From positions 98,704,001 to 98,768,000 of the forward strand of contig NC_043000.1 in the NCBI RefSeq assembly GCF_006345805.1: a stretch of 64,000 bases of DNA, read 5' to 3'. The stretch is from Octopus sinensis. Its lineage: Eukaryota. Positions 26,491 to 39,159 of this stretch are shown piece after piece. A model generated the notes under the pieces. The model saw only the letters and a list, made by a program, of their open reading frames with translations. It was not told the DNA's origin and ran no database searches. Positions within the stretch are counted from its first letter, which is position 1; every line of letters starts with the position of its first letter. The translations under genes were made by a program, and so were the position numbers.

Positions 26491-26554
26491 TAATAGTAAT
26501 AATAATAATAATAATGATGATGATGATAATATTAATAATAATAATAATAATATT

Positions 26555-26912
26555 CATCATGCCCGTTTGATCCTAGGATCGTAAAGAAAGAGGAAAACAA
26601 CAAAAAACAATCAATCCCTCAAAATTTGAAATAGAAAGAATTTGTAACATGCGAACAGTAAAGATAGTTCCTATAATGATTGGTGCGTTGGGAGTAGTAA
26701 GCCAAGATATAGACAAATGACAGAGGGAGATTGAAATTAAATGCCCGGTAGAGAGCCTACAGAAAGTTTGTCTCTTAGGAACAGCAAGGATTATCAGGAG
26801 GGTTCTAAGCACTTGAAACTGCTGAAAACTTGTGGATACCTAAGGTTACTGGTAGTAGCCTGCTATCCACATAATTCCTACCAGGAAAAAGACCGAACCT
26901 GAGCCAAACCAA
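26555..26912 (+). mobile_element. R4/Dong-type 3' end fragment
   Basis: SCPFD...VPIMIGALG...LQKVCLLGTARII, flanked by (TAA)n and (CAA)n/(TAA)n. Confidence 0.8.
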
Positions 26913-26964
26913 AATAACAACAACAACAACAACAACAACAATAATAATAATAATAATAATAATA

Positions 26965-27425
26965 TTTTTAAAGGGTTGACGTAACTCTTCACAAAAGTAA
27001 TTTGACAATGCGAAGAGCGTGATGCGACTGCTATAGATATTTTATTGGATTAAACGATTTTTCAACAGCTCGCCTGCGTTTGTCGAGTTTAAAATGAAAA
27101 GTGATACACAAAATTTTAAAATTATATGAACGCAAAAAATTCTGCATCCCCATGTTGACAGAATCAGTCTTCAATTATCAATTTACAAGTGACAAATGGA
27201 AAAAGAAAGAAAAAAGGTAAAAGAAGAAAAAAAGATTATTTAGTCCAACAGTTTTGTGTAAATATGATGAAATTTCTCGTCATTTTATTCATTCCTCCAG
27301 TGTGTGATACTAAAAACTTACAAACATATTTGTCCTCATGCATTTTGAGGACTGAAAGTGAAATAAATTCAGAATATTTTCTGAGAATATGCGCTTTTAA
27401 GTCTTTTTCAAAATTGTAGCGACAA
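26965..27425 (-). mobile_element. Penelope-like 3' end (GIY-YIG C-terminus + pseudo-LTR), homolog of about 38090-38580
   Basis: Reverse complement shares AATTTTGAA.AAGACTT.AAAG.GCATATTCTCAG, ATGCATGAGGA.AAATATG and TTTGTGAAGAGTTACGTCAA.CC with 38090-38575. Confidence 0.8.
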
Positions 27426-27694
27426 ATAAAACAAGTATTCTTGTTTGGCGTCTTGCTCTTAACTTCTCTAACGTTTTAGTGTGTCTCAATTCACTTTCGC
27501 TGTTCACGATAGAACCAAATTCCAGGATATCTTGAGGAATAACACTATTGTCCTCTCTTGAATGGAATACTTAGTCACTTAGCAGACGAATTCAATCAGT
27601 AATGTTGTTCAGATAATAAACCGCCAACACGACCATGTATCGGAAAAGATAAATTGGCGTCCATCATATGCCAAAAATATACATGGAAAGTACC

Positions 27695-27755
<61 letters not shown>

Positions 27756-27853
27756 TATTTCTATACGAAAAATATATATAGTCTAATGACTAACTCGTCT
27801 TTTGTGCTAGGCCACTGGTAATAATAATTTATTTTATTACCCTACTTGATTAT

Positions 27854-27928
<75 letters not shown>

Positions 27929-28315
27929 GGATGACAGCACTCCGTCGGTTACGACGACGAGGGTTCCGCTTGATCCGATCAACGGAACAGCCTGCTCGTG
28001 AAATTAACGTGTAAGTGGCTGAGCACTCCACAGACACGTGCACCCTTAACGTAGTTCTCGGGGATATTCAGCGTGACACAGAGAGTGACAAGGCCGGCCC
28101 TTTGAAATACAGGTACAACAGAAACAGGAAGTAAGAGTGAGAGAAAGTTGTGGTGAAAGAGTACAGCAGGGATCACCATCATCCCCTGCCGGAGCCTCGT
28201 GGAACTTTAGGTGTTTTCGCTCAATAAACACTCACAACGCCCGGTCTGGGAATCGAAACCGCGATCCTACGACTGCGAGTCCGCTGCCCTAACCACTGGG
28301 CCATTGCACCTCCAC
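27929..28315 (-). mobile_element. Full-length tRNA-derived SINE family C in (TA)n
   Basis: Head has A-box TGGCCCAGTGG and B-box GGTTTCGATTCC. (TA)n on both sides. Confidence 0.85.
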
Positions 28316-28349
<34 letters not shown>

Positions 28350-28595
28350 AAGGAATGACCACTAAGTGGACATCCATGATGCTAGAAGTAGACCCCCTAT
28401 GGTCTTACTACTAAGAAAGTATTGTTCTCAGGAACCTGCCGCCCTAGAGGTAGTTGTGGTAACAGTAGTATTAATTGTTATATTAGGAATAAAAAAGATT
28501 ACTAGAAAGCTCAAAGCAGTTAACATTGTAGGATGCAGCTTCATGTCTAATAATTTAACGAATGTAGCACAATAACGCCGCTTTAATAAAAACAA

Positions 28596-28808
28596 TGGTT
28601 TCAAATTTTGCCATAAGGGCAGCCATTTTGGGGAGGGGTGTGTCGATTACATCGACTTCAGTAATCAACTGGTACTTAGTTTATCAACCTCGAAAAGATG
28701 AAAGCAAAGTCAACCTTGGCGGATTTTGAACTCAGAACGTAGCGACGGGCGAAATATCGCTAAGCATTTTGTCGAGCTTGCTAACAATTCTACTAGCCGG
28801 CCACCGCC

Positions 28809-28848
<40 letters not shown>

Positions 28849-29118
28849 TAATAATAATAATAATAATAATAATTATTATTATTATAATGATGATAATAAT
28901 AATAAGAGTCTCAAATTTTGCTACAAGTGCAGTCATTTTGGGGAGGGGATGTGTCGATTACATCGACTCCAGTGTTCAACTGGTACTTAGGTTATCGACC
29001 CTGAATGGATGAAAGGTAAAGTCAACCTCGGCGGTATTTAGACTGAGAACGTAACGACGGGCGAAATACGGCTAAGCATTTGATCCAGCGCGCTAACGAT
29101 TCTGCCAGCTCGCCGCCT
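28596..29118 (-). mobile_element. Two SINE family A copies separated by (TAA)n
   Basis: Copies at about 28596-28809 and 28909-29118 with the shared core. Confidence 0.85.
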
Positions 29119-29132
29119 TTATAATAATAATG

Positions 29133-29174
<42 letters not shown>

Positions 29175-29197
29175 TAATAATAATAATAATAATAATA

Positions 29198-29229
<32 letters not shown>

Positions 29230-29253
29230 ATGATGATGACGATGATGATGATG

Positions 29254-29296
<43 letters not shown>

Positions 29297-29297
29297 T

Positions 29298-30005
29298 CAT
29301 GTTGTCTCCAAGTGCAGTCTTCTAGAGCCTACAGAGTATCTCAACAGGCATGATAGAGCTGCACAATATATTCCCTGGGTAATCTGCAAAAACCTGGATT
29401 TGCCCCATGAAAAAAACTGGTGGCAACACAAACCACCTCCAGTGCTTGAAAATGACCACTTCTCACTCCTCTGGAACTTCCCCATTCAAACTGACAGAAA
29501 GATAAATGCAAATAGGCCAGACATCATATTGAAAGACTTCAAACAAAGAACATGCCTCCTCATTGATATAACTGTCCCAATCGATATAAACGTATCTGTC
29601 AAGACCTACCAAAAACTGAGCAAATATAAAGATCTTGAAATAGAAATCAGCAAAATGTGGAACCTGAAGACTAAAACAATACCCATTGTCATAGGTGCCC
29701 TGGGAATGAGAGCAAAAGGGGCTGATCGCTACCTAGCTCAGATACCAGGAAACCCCAAAATGGCAGAAATTCAAAAGATAGTGCTCATGGGAACTGCTCA
29801 TATCCTACGCAAAATACTTTCTATGTAATCTCAAGTTTTAATTTTGGGTTTTTTTGACATCCACTAGTACAACACTAAATACAAAACCAAATATATGGCA
29901 CACTAGGCATAACAACATCACGAACTTCCAACCTGTTGTCTCTTGAGGTCTCTGGGTGAGACTTGGAGCCAACTTGTACAAATACAAAGCAAAAGTTAAA
30001 CATAG
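29298..30005 (+). mobile_element. R4/Dong-type LINE 3' fragment with open RLE coding region
   Basis: ORF 29400-29828: WNFPIQTDRKINANRPDII...LIDITVP...KLSKYKDL...IPIVIGALG. 3' UTR then (TAA)n. Confidence 0.9.
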
Positions 30006-30017
30006 AATAATAATAAC

Positions 30018-30084
<67 letters not shown>

Positions 30085-33000
30085 TAAAAAATAAAATAAT
30101 CAAAGAACTGAAAACCACAGAGCTCAAAATGGACCAACGACCATACCTCCCAATAATCAAAATAAACGAAATAACAACACCTATTATAAACAGCATAAAC
30201 CTAGCCGTCACTGAACTGATAGCCACTGAATAAAAAAAAAGTGATATCACTGAGCTAAATAACCTAATATACGCAGCAGCCACTGCAGCCACAAAAGAAG
30301 CTGGATACTCACCCAAACCCGCCCAAACAGGAGTACCACCACCCAAACAAACCCTGTGGATAAATAACATCCAAAGCAAAATAAAAAAAATTAGAAAAGA
30401 CCTGTCGATTCTTAATGAAATCAGCAAACAATCAACGCTACTGAGCAACAAAAAGAGAACGAAAACACTCCGCAAATATAACATCACAGAGAAAGATTTG
30501 CCTGAAATAAAAGAAAAGCTGAAGCAAGATATCCTTGCCAAAGCACAAAGGATCCGTACAAGAAACGCCAACGCTTCTTTGAAGAAAACAAAAAGTTCAA
30601 CTCCAACCTCCAAAAGTTCTACCAAGAACTGGGCAAAAATAAAATAGAAGTCACTGCAGCACCAACGGCAGAAGAATTGGAAGAATTCTGGAGAGAAATA
30701 TGGTCGGCGAACGAACCACCAAAAAAAGGAGTATCAAAATAACAAGCTCGGACCCCCATAACAACTGAAGAGGTCACCCAGGCACTGCAAAGACTAAGCA
30801 ACTGGAAGGCACCTGGGCATGACAAGATCCCCAACTTCTGGTTGAAATATCTAACAGGAATGCACAAAAAGCTGGCTGAAAACTTTAACAACGTACTAGC
30901 AGAGCCAGAGACAATGCCTGAATGGCTCACGAAGGGGAAAACCATCTTAATTCCCAAATCAAATGAAACAGAAAAACCAGAAAACTACAGACCAATAACC
31001 TGCCTCCCTACTATGTTCAAGGCATTTACTGCAGTGATATCACAAAGGCTGAACAAGCACCTGGACGAAAACAAACTGTTCCCAGAAGAGCAGAAAGGAT
31101 GCCGCAAAGGCTCATATGGCTGTAAAGATCAACTAATGATTAATAAAGCCATAACTGAAGACAGCCACAGAAAGAAGAAAGGCCTCAGTATGGCCTGGAT
31201 CGACTACAAAAAGGCGTTTGATAGCATCCCCCACACATGGATCCTCGAAACACTAGCCATTAACAAAGTAGCACCAACAATCATAAAATTCATAGAGCAC
31301 TCTATGAATAAATGGCAAACAGTCCTACACCTCCAAACCAAAGAGGGACTCATGAAAACCAAAGACATCCCCATTAGAAGAGGAATATTCCAGGGAGACA
31401 CGCTCTCTCCACTCCTTTTCTGCTTGGCACTGTCACCTCTATCTGATATGCTAAATATAACTGGATGCGGATATAAATGTTACGGCAAAACGATCAGCCA
31501 CCTTTTATATATGGATGACCTAAAACTATACGCTGCAAATGACAAACAGCTGGAAACACTATTAAAGACAGTTCATGGATTTACCAAAGAAATAGATATG
31601 AAATTTGGATAAGAAAAATGCGCCAAAGTAACCACGAAAAGAGGAAAACTAGTTAAGAGTAACAACATCACACTAGATAAAACCAATGAAATAAAAGAAT
31701 TAGACCAAAGCCAAACTTACAAATACTTAGGAATCCATGAACTAGATAAGACACAACACACACAAATGAAAGAGAAAATAAAAAAGAATATTATAGACGA
31801 GTTAGATCAATACTAAACACAGAGCTCAATGCTAAAAACAAGATAATAGGTATCAACACTTTAGCTGTCCCAGTTATAAGTTACAGCTACAATATCCTTA
31901 ACTGGACACGAAATGAACTGACCAAAATAGATAGGAAAACAAGAAAAATAATGACAGGATCTAGGATGAATCACCCAAAATCTGACATAGAAAGACTATA
32001 TATACAACGTATAGAAGGTGGTAGAGGCCTTATACAGCTGGAAAACTACTATAAAATAACCACCATAGGACTGCAAAAATATCTACTTCAGAAGAAAGGA
32101 AAACTGATACAAATAGCGGCAAAACACGAGCAAAACAAAAAACTGTTCTCAGTATTTAAGGAAGCTGACAAATACAAACAAGAAATCATACCACCTAATA
32201 AACATGAAGAAGAAGAAGAAGATGGAGAAACAACAAAAGCTATAAAACAAATGAAATCCAAACTAAAAATAGAACAGCAACGAACCATGATAAAACGATG
32301 GCAAGAAAAGCCCCTTCATGGTAAATACTGGACTAAACTAAACGCAAAAGAAATAGACAAAGAAAAGTCCCAGCAATGGTTGAGAAGCTCAGGACTCAAA
32401 GCAGAAACAGAGGGATTTTTAATTGCAGCACAAGACCAAAGCCTCCCCACCAGAAATTACCAAAAACATGTAATGAAAAGAAATATTACAAGTAACTGCA
32501 GAATATGTGGAGATGGACAAGAAACAATAAATCATATTATCTCTAGCTGCCCAGTCCTGGCTAAGAAGGAATATATTCACAGACATGACAGAGTTGGAAC
32601 CTACATACATTGGAAGCTATGCCAACATTATGGAATAACAACAGAAAAAAGATGGTATAGGCACACACCAGAAAAGGTCACAGAAAACGAGAAAGCAACC
32701 ATACTATGGGATATGCCGATACACACAGACAGAGAAATTAAGGCCAACAGACCAGATATAGTTGTCAGAGACCATGAAGAAAAAAATGCTTTCTAATTGA
32801 TGTATCAATACGGCTGATGACAACGTGTCTCTAAAAGAAATGGAGAAACTCTCAAAATACAAAGACCTGGAAATAGAGGTAACTAGAATGTGGAATCTGA
32901 AAACAGAAACAATTCTATCATAGTAGGTGCATTAGGCATGATAAAAAGATATTCAGACAAATACATAACAAAAACACCAGGACTTACAAACACATATAAC

Positions 33001-33157
33001 ATACAGAAAATTGCACTACTAGGCACTGCACACATCCTACGCAGAACACTTTCCATACAATAACCATCAGAGCATCACAACAAATCACAGCACATACCCA
33101 AGGCACACAGAGCTGCGCTCGGTAGTGAAGTGAAAGCACGCTATAAAAATAAAACTA

Positions 33158-33160
<3 letters not shown>
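30085..33160 (+). mobile_element. R4/Dong-type LINE, 5'-truncated, with RT, CCHC finger and restriction-like endonuclease; few lesions
   Basis: WKAPGHDKIPNFWLK, NYRPITCL, EEQKGC, WIDYKKAFDSIPH, RGIFQGDTLSPLLF, YMDDLKL; CRICGDGQETINHIISSC, RHD, NRPDIVV. (TAA)n on both sides. Confidence 0.95.
30842..32796 (+). pseudogene. Reverse transcriptase / zinc finger / RLE polyprotein, interrupted
   Basis: ORFs 30842-31612 and 31951-32796 are separated by a premature stop (31610-31612) and a poly-A frameshift (~31785). Another frameshift lies near 32785. Confidence 0.9.
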
Positions 33161-33220
<60 letters not shown>

Positions 33221-33226
33221 TAATAA

Positions 33227-33669
33227 TCTTTTCTACTCTAAGCACAAGGTCTGAATTTTTTGGGAAAGGAATAGTCGATTACATTGACTCCAGTGCTTAA
33301 CTGGTACTTAATTTAGCGATCCTGAAAGAATGAATGGCAAAGCTGACCTCGGCGGAATTTTAACTCAGGACGTTGCGAAAGTCGAGAAATTCAGCCAAGA
33401 GTTCGCACAGCGTACTAAAGATTTTGCCAGCTCGCTGCCATGATAATAATGGTTTCAAATTTTGTCACAAGGGCTGCAATTTGGAGGGAGAGGATGAGTC
33501 AATTACATTACATCCGCCACAGTGTTCAACTGGTACTCATTTTACCGATCCCAAAAAGGATGAAAGGTAAAGTCGACCTCGACAGAATTTGAAGTGAGAA
33601 CGTAGCGACGGGTGAAATACTGCTAAGCATTTAGTCCGGCGCGCTAACGATCCTGCTAACTCATCGCCT
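33227..33669 (-). mobile_element. Two tandem SINE family A copies
   Basis: Copies at about 33227-33438 and 33450-33669. Confidence 0.85.
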
Positions 33670-33717
33670 TAATAATAATAATAATAATAATGATAATAAT
33701 ATAATAATAATAATAAT

Positions 33718-34255
33718 GCCCTGATGCAGTACAGGCAGTGGCTCTATGGCTTCTGATCTTAACTGATTGGAAGTTATCATGTACATGTTTTGTCTTGGTA
33801 TAAAAGATGGGACAGCAAATATTCTGCTCAATACCACAGATTTGCTTGTCAGTTGTGACCTTAACCAGTTGAGCATGTCCCTTAGTGGCTGACGATATGT
33901 GCATCTCTGATCACGAACAGAAGTGTGGGGGGCATCATAGCCATGTGTTGAGAGGGATTCTTTGGGTTTGAATAGTTCACCTCTGGAAACATGGGTGGTT
34001 CTTTCAACATCCTTTAACAACCCTTATTCAGAGACCGTTTGCGGGATGGGCTACTCAACCAAGAAGAAAATTCTAACTGGGCCCACCTGCAAGGTCATGT
34101 GGTTTATCTTGATATGAGATCACCATGTCGCGCACATATGGTGTGATGCATGTGCCTGGTGTACCTTTATCAGACGGGTAGTCATGATGGCTATATTGGG
34201 CTTCGTATATTTACCCCAGTGTCACTTTGATGGCATGAACTGCTCTCTCACTCAA
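33718..34255 (+). mobile_element. ~540-bp non-coding interspersed element inserted in (TAA)n
   Basis: Sharp boundaries with (TAA)n on both sides. Partial copies at 13980-14428 and about 3503-3585. No credible ORF. Confidence 0.75.
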
Positions 34256-34894
34256 TAATAATAATAATAATAATAATAATGATAATGTTTCTAATATGGA
34301 CACATGACTAATGTAGCGGAAATGTGTCAGGCGATGCAATTGATCCCCGTAATTAAGCAGTGCTTCTTTCTCTCAACCAGAAAGGCGGGGATGGGATCGA
34401 AGGCAAAGTTGATCTTCAGTGGATTTGCACTCAGAATGTATAGAGCGGGAGACAGTTTTCCCGATGCTGTTGCCATTCTGTCAATCCTTCAATTACTCAC
34501 ATCAGTACAAGGTCTGAAATTTGAATAAATAGCCTATAAAAGTTAATAACAGCAACTGCATATTTAGAAAACAGCATGCTTGTGCATGTGATTTTACGCA
34601 AATCCAGTTAGAATTTTTTGATTGAAGTTCACCTTTCGCACATTTAAAACGAACATTTGGATATCAAGACTTCGTGACACACACAGTGTATGATAAACGA
34701 TTGAAATTTATGATAAATGAGGCAAAAGCCTCCAACACAAGATGCGCTTTACGCTGCATTATTAGAAATCTGTACATCATACTTGGCAGCAAGCTCTTTG
34801 CAATATATACTAAATATAAAATGGACATTAAAGATAAAAGAAAACAGCGTAAATTTTGCATGCTCATTTATTTACTTCCATATATAGTATTACC

Positions 34895-35350
34895 CTTTAC
34901 TTATTTCAGTCATTGGACTGTGGCCATGCTGGAGCACCGCCTTGAAGGGTTTAGTCGAAAAAATCGATTCTATGTACTTATTTTAAAACTTGATATTTAT
35001 TCTATCGGTCTCTTTTGGTGGAACTGCAAACCTGTGTTGGTTTGTTTATACGGACGTAAACACAGTATCACCGGTTCGCAATAGGTGGTTGGGGATAAGC
35101 AATACACAAAGACATACATGTTATATATATCAATTATATATACAGTTATCGGCAAATGCTGCAAACTGGCAGAATCATTAGCTCGCCGGGCAAAATGCTT
35201 AGCGACAAATGCTTAGTTCAAATTCTACCACGGTCGACTTTTCTTTTCATTCTCCCTGGGATGATAAAATAAGTATCAGTTGAGAACTGAGGTCGAAGTA
35301 ATCGACTTACTCTTCCCCCACCCGCTGGCCTTGTGCAAAAATTTTAAACA
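34895..35350. mobile_element. SINE B 3' part (minus) followed by a SINE A copy (plus)
   Basis: TTTACTT.TTTCAGTCATT.GACTGTGGCCATGCTGGAGCACCGCC at about 34895; CTGGCAGAATCATTAGC...GGTCGAC at about 35165. Confidence 0.8.
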
Positions 35351-35949
35351 AATCTATACAGTTACAAAAGAGTTACTAATAGTTTCATGCTTTACGATAC
35401 AATAAATTGGCAGGTTTATAAAACATGTCATGAAATCTTTCAGTCTCATTTAATACGTTAGATGCATTAAAAATACATCAGAACGATGGACTTTGAGAAG
35501 CATGAGACGAAACGAGAAAAAAAAACACACGGAGAACGTTAATGTAAGAAGTAAAACGAGGAGACAGGAGAGAAAAGTAGGAAAACCAAGATCCTCGTCC
35601 TCTTTGACAGCAGAATTTATAATTCATGTAGCTGATGCAGAATAATATGATAGAAAGGAGGCCAAAGTTTGTGAGATAGCTACTCAATTTGGAGTGGGTG
35701 GTGTCTTCCAGTTCGACAAAAAAAAGTAATAATCTGTCCACAAACATCCATTTTCTAAACATTTCTAATCTGGAATTAAGCAGTGCGGTAGAATTCTTGG
35801 ACCTAAGCAACTTACCACACGGCTACAGCAAGTTCATATTTTGGAGTACTTGTATGGTGGAAAGTATGTACGTATAGTTAACCCGCATTGAATTACTGTA
35901 TTGCGTAGTGTTGTTGTTTCGTATAAATATTATCTTTGTTTATTTTGTG

Positions 35950-38580
35950 CTCCAAAAGCGCACATATCATAAAACTCCTTTTATATTAAGCTATTATGTG
36001 CCATTAGAACAAAAATTATTTCAAACTGTGTCTGCAGTCTACGGAAAATTAGATAGTAATACTGATAGAAAGAACTATGAGCAAAATTGGTACATTTGCT
36101 ACCAAATTCCTAGATGGCTTAACAAAAAAGGAGCTAGATAATCTCACTAACTTTGAAGTGAAAACGAGTAACTTTTATGGAATTCCTAAAATCTGTAAAT
36201 CCAAACAGATTAACGACAGTTAAAAGACCTCCATACTCCATATATAAAGATTTCTTAACCACCTGATCTCAAATTGCATCCTTTTGTTCGAGGAACCAAA
36301 AATTAAGCAACTTGCTTGACATAGTTTTAAAACTTTTATGCAGATTGTTTCCTAGTTTCATTAGAGATGATATGGACTTCTTAAACCATATCCCTGAATG
36401 GGTAGATAAAGAGATAGAACTAATTAGCTTTGGCATAACTAGTCTCTACACGAATATCCACCATGTAGATTGGCTAGAAGCAGTATAATTCTTGATAAAC
36501 AAACATCGACAAAGATTTCAGAATTTATACTTGAAAGTTCAGAGATAGTACTGGAAACCAACTACAACTTCATTGATAATCAATATTATCTACAAATACA
36601 AGGCACTGCAATGGGGCCGAAAGTCGCACCAACGTTTGCTACACTAGTAATGAGGTATCTAAAAGAAAAAAATCTACACACTGTCCAGAACGTCTTTTGA
36701 CCACCACTTCCAAACCTATCTGATAGGAAACTGGAAAAGATTCTTAGATGATTGCTTCGTATTTTGGAACCAAAGTAAGGAGGGCCTTACAAAATTTCTC
36801 AGATTAATAAATAGCATTCATATCTCAATCCAATTTACTATGGAAATAAATTAAAAGAACTCTATGTGGATATTCTGATATTAAAGAAAATGAGACAGTT
36901 ACAACTGATCTTTAATACAAAAACACAGACACATGCCAATATTTAGATTTTTGATCTTGTCACCCTTCCCATATAAATGAAACGTGCCATTTAATATGGC
37001 AAGGCGCATATGCTTAATAGTCACAGATACCGTTAGACGAGAGAAACGACATGCAGAACATAATATATTCCGTCAAAAGCAAAAATACCCTCAACAAGTT
37101 AATGCAACAAGCCACAACAAAAGCAAAGGAAATATCGATCTCTACCTTACGGAAAAGCACTCAGGGTAAGTGTTAAAAAAATACAAATACAAATATTCCG
37201 TTTGTAGTCACCGACAATCCTAGAAACTACAGCATCCTGTACTCAGCCAAACAATACCTTCCTATTCTACAGCAATCACCAAATCTCCAACGAATAATTG
37301 AAATAATCACAAATTATCAACAGTCGAAGACAACCAAGAGACTCAAGAGACTCCTGACATCAAGAGACTCCTAACAAAGACAAGATTCACATTTGAAAAA
37401 GAAACGATGCAAGTAACTAACTGTAGAGACGCCCTTTGTGTGACATGTGAATTAATTGAACAAGGGACAACCAAAAGACTCATGAATTTGAAGGACTTAA
37501 AAATGAATGCAAACATGAATTGCAAATCAAAAAACATAATCTACTGCATCATATGTCCACAATCCAATGGAAACTACATTGGGGAGACAGGAAGGAGACG
37601 ACTGATCCGTTATGTAAATGTTTATAAACAGCAAATTAGGGGTTCATCTCTTAGGAATTTCGCTGGTATTTCAAAAATGTTGCATGGAAGTTACTAGCAT
37701 GTGGCGAAAAAATATCCTCGTTTCAAACAGATATTTCCTCAGCTGCCTATTGTAGCATTTAGACGGAATAAGAATATAAAAGAATTATTGGCCTCTATGT
37801 CTGACTCCAAGAAAATGAACATTGGGGTACTTGCACGCTGTACCGTGAAAAACAGTCGCAAGAGAGGTAAGTTCTGTTCATTGTGCAACAACATGAGTCA
37901 AGTGAATTCCATCAGGAATCATAACAGAAATGCTATGATTTATACAGAAGGTGGACATGTAGAGATTCCCATTTGGTGTACTCGGCAGAATGCACGAAAC
38001 GCAACTTGATTTATGTTGGTTGTACGACAGAACAATTAAGCAAAAGATTTAATGGGCACAGATTCGACGTCAGGCATTTCAAACGGCTGCAATTTTGAAG
38101 AAGACTTGAAAGTGCATATTCTCAGGATGCATGAGGAGAAATATGCTTGCGGGTTATTAACATCATGCCCTGGGGGATTGAATAAAACAACAAGAGAATA
38201 TCATCAAATCATCAAAACTGTTTGATTAAATATTCTTTTTCCTTTCTTTTTTCTTATTTCTTTCCCCTTTTATTGACTTTTTTCTGTCTTTTTCTTTTAC
38301 AAAATTTTTCTGTTATACAATTGAAACTTTTTCTATTATAAAATTGAAACTTAAAGACTGATCATGTCATGCCATCAGCGTGAGAACGCTGGCTGCTCTC
38401 GTTCATACTTTAAATTCAAATTTCTATAATTTTGAATTTTTATCACCTCTTATTTTGAACTTGACAGAGACAGACCTACTGTCGAAATATCGTTCAACCA
38501 TTAAAGTATCTATTACAATCGAATCGCGCTCTATGTTTTGACTGTTTACCTTTGTGAAGAGTTACGTCAATCCTTTTAAA
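35950..38580 (+). mobile_element. Penelope-like element relic(s): RT, two successive GIY-YIG regions, pseudo-LTR with HHR-like motif
   Basis: FYGIPKI (~36175), SLYTNI, QIQGTAMGPKVAPTFATL, WKRFLDDCF (~36730), CKSKNIIYCIICPQSNGNYIGETG (37520-37590), PIVAFRRNKNIKELL, then LVYSAECTKRNLIYVGCTTEQLSKRFNGHR (~37975-38060). Confidence 0.85.
38455..38497 (+). ncRNA. Hammerhead-like motif with non-canonical core, in the Penelope 3' pseudo-LTR
   Basis: TTGAAC-TTGACAGA-GACAG-accta-CTGTC-GAAA-TA-TC-GTTCAA: 6-bp stem I, 5-bp stem II. Confidence 0.6.
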
Positions 38581-38646
<66 letters not shown>

Positions 38647-38647
<1 letters not shown>

Positions 38648-39088
38648 CCATTCTACTATAGGCACAATGCTGGAAATTTGCAGGAAGGGGACTAGACGAT
38701 TACATCGACCCCAGTGTTTCACTGGTTCTTAATTTATTGACCCCAAAAGGATGAACGGCAAAGTCTACGTCGGCGGAATTTGAACTCAGAACGTGGCGAC
38801 GGGCAAAATATCGTTAAGCCTTTCGTCCAGCATGCTAACAATTCTGCCAACTTGTTTCCTTAACAATAATAATAATGGTTTCAAATTTTGCCACAAGGGC
38901 AGCCATATTGGGGGAGGAGATGAGTCGATTACATCGACCCCAGTGTTTCACAGATACTTAATTTAACGACGCCGAAAAGATGAAAGACAAAGTCATCCTC
39001 TGCGGAATTTGAACTCAGAACATGAAGATGGACGAAATACTGCTAAGCATTTCATCCGGCGCGCTAACGATTCTGCTATTTCGCCGTC
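38647..39088 (-). mobile_element. Two tandem SINE family A copies
   Basis: Copies at about 38647-38860 and 38876-39088. Confidence 0.85.
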
Positions 39089-39159
39089 TAATATTATTAT
39101 TATTAATGATAATAATAATAATAATAATAATTACTGTCATTATTATCATTATTATAAAT

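Noticed and set aside
29996-30957. Minus-strand ORFs of 209 and 112 aa (also 24976-25575)
   Set aside because: Antisense shadows of the A-rich LINE coding strand.
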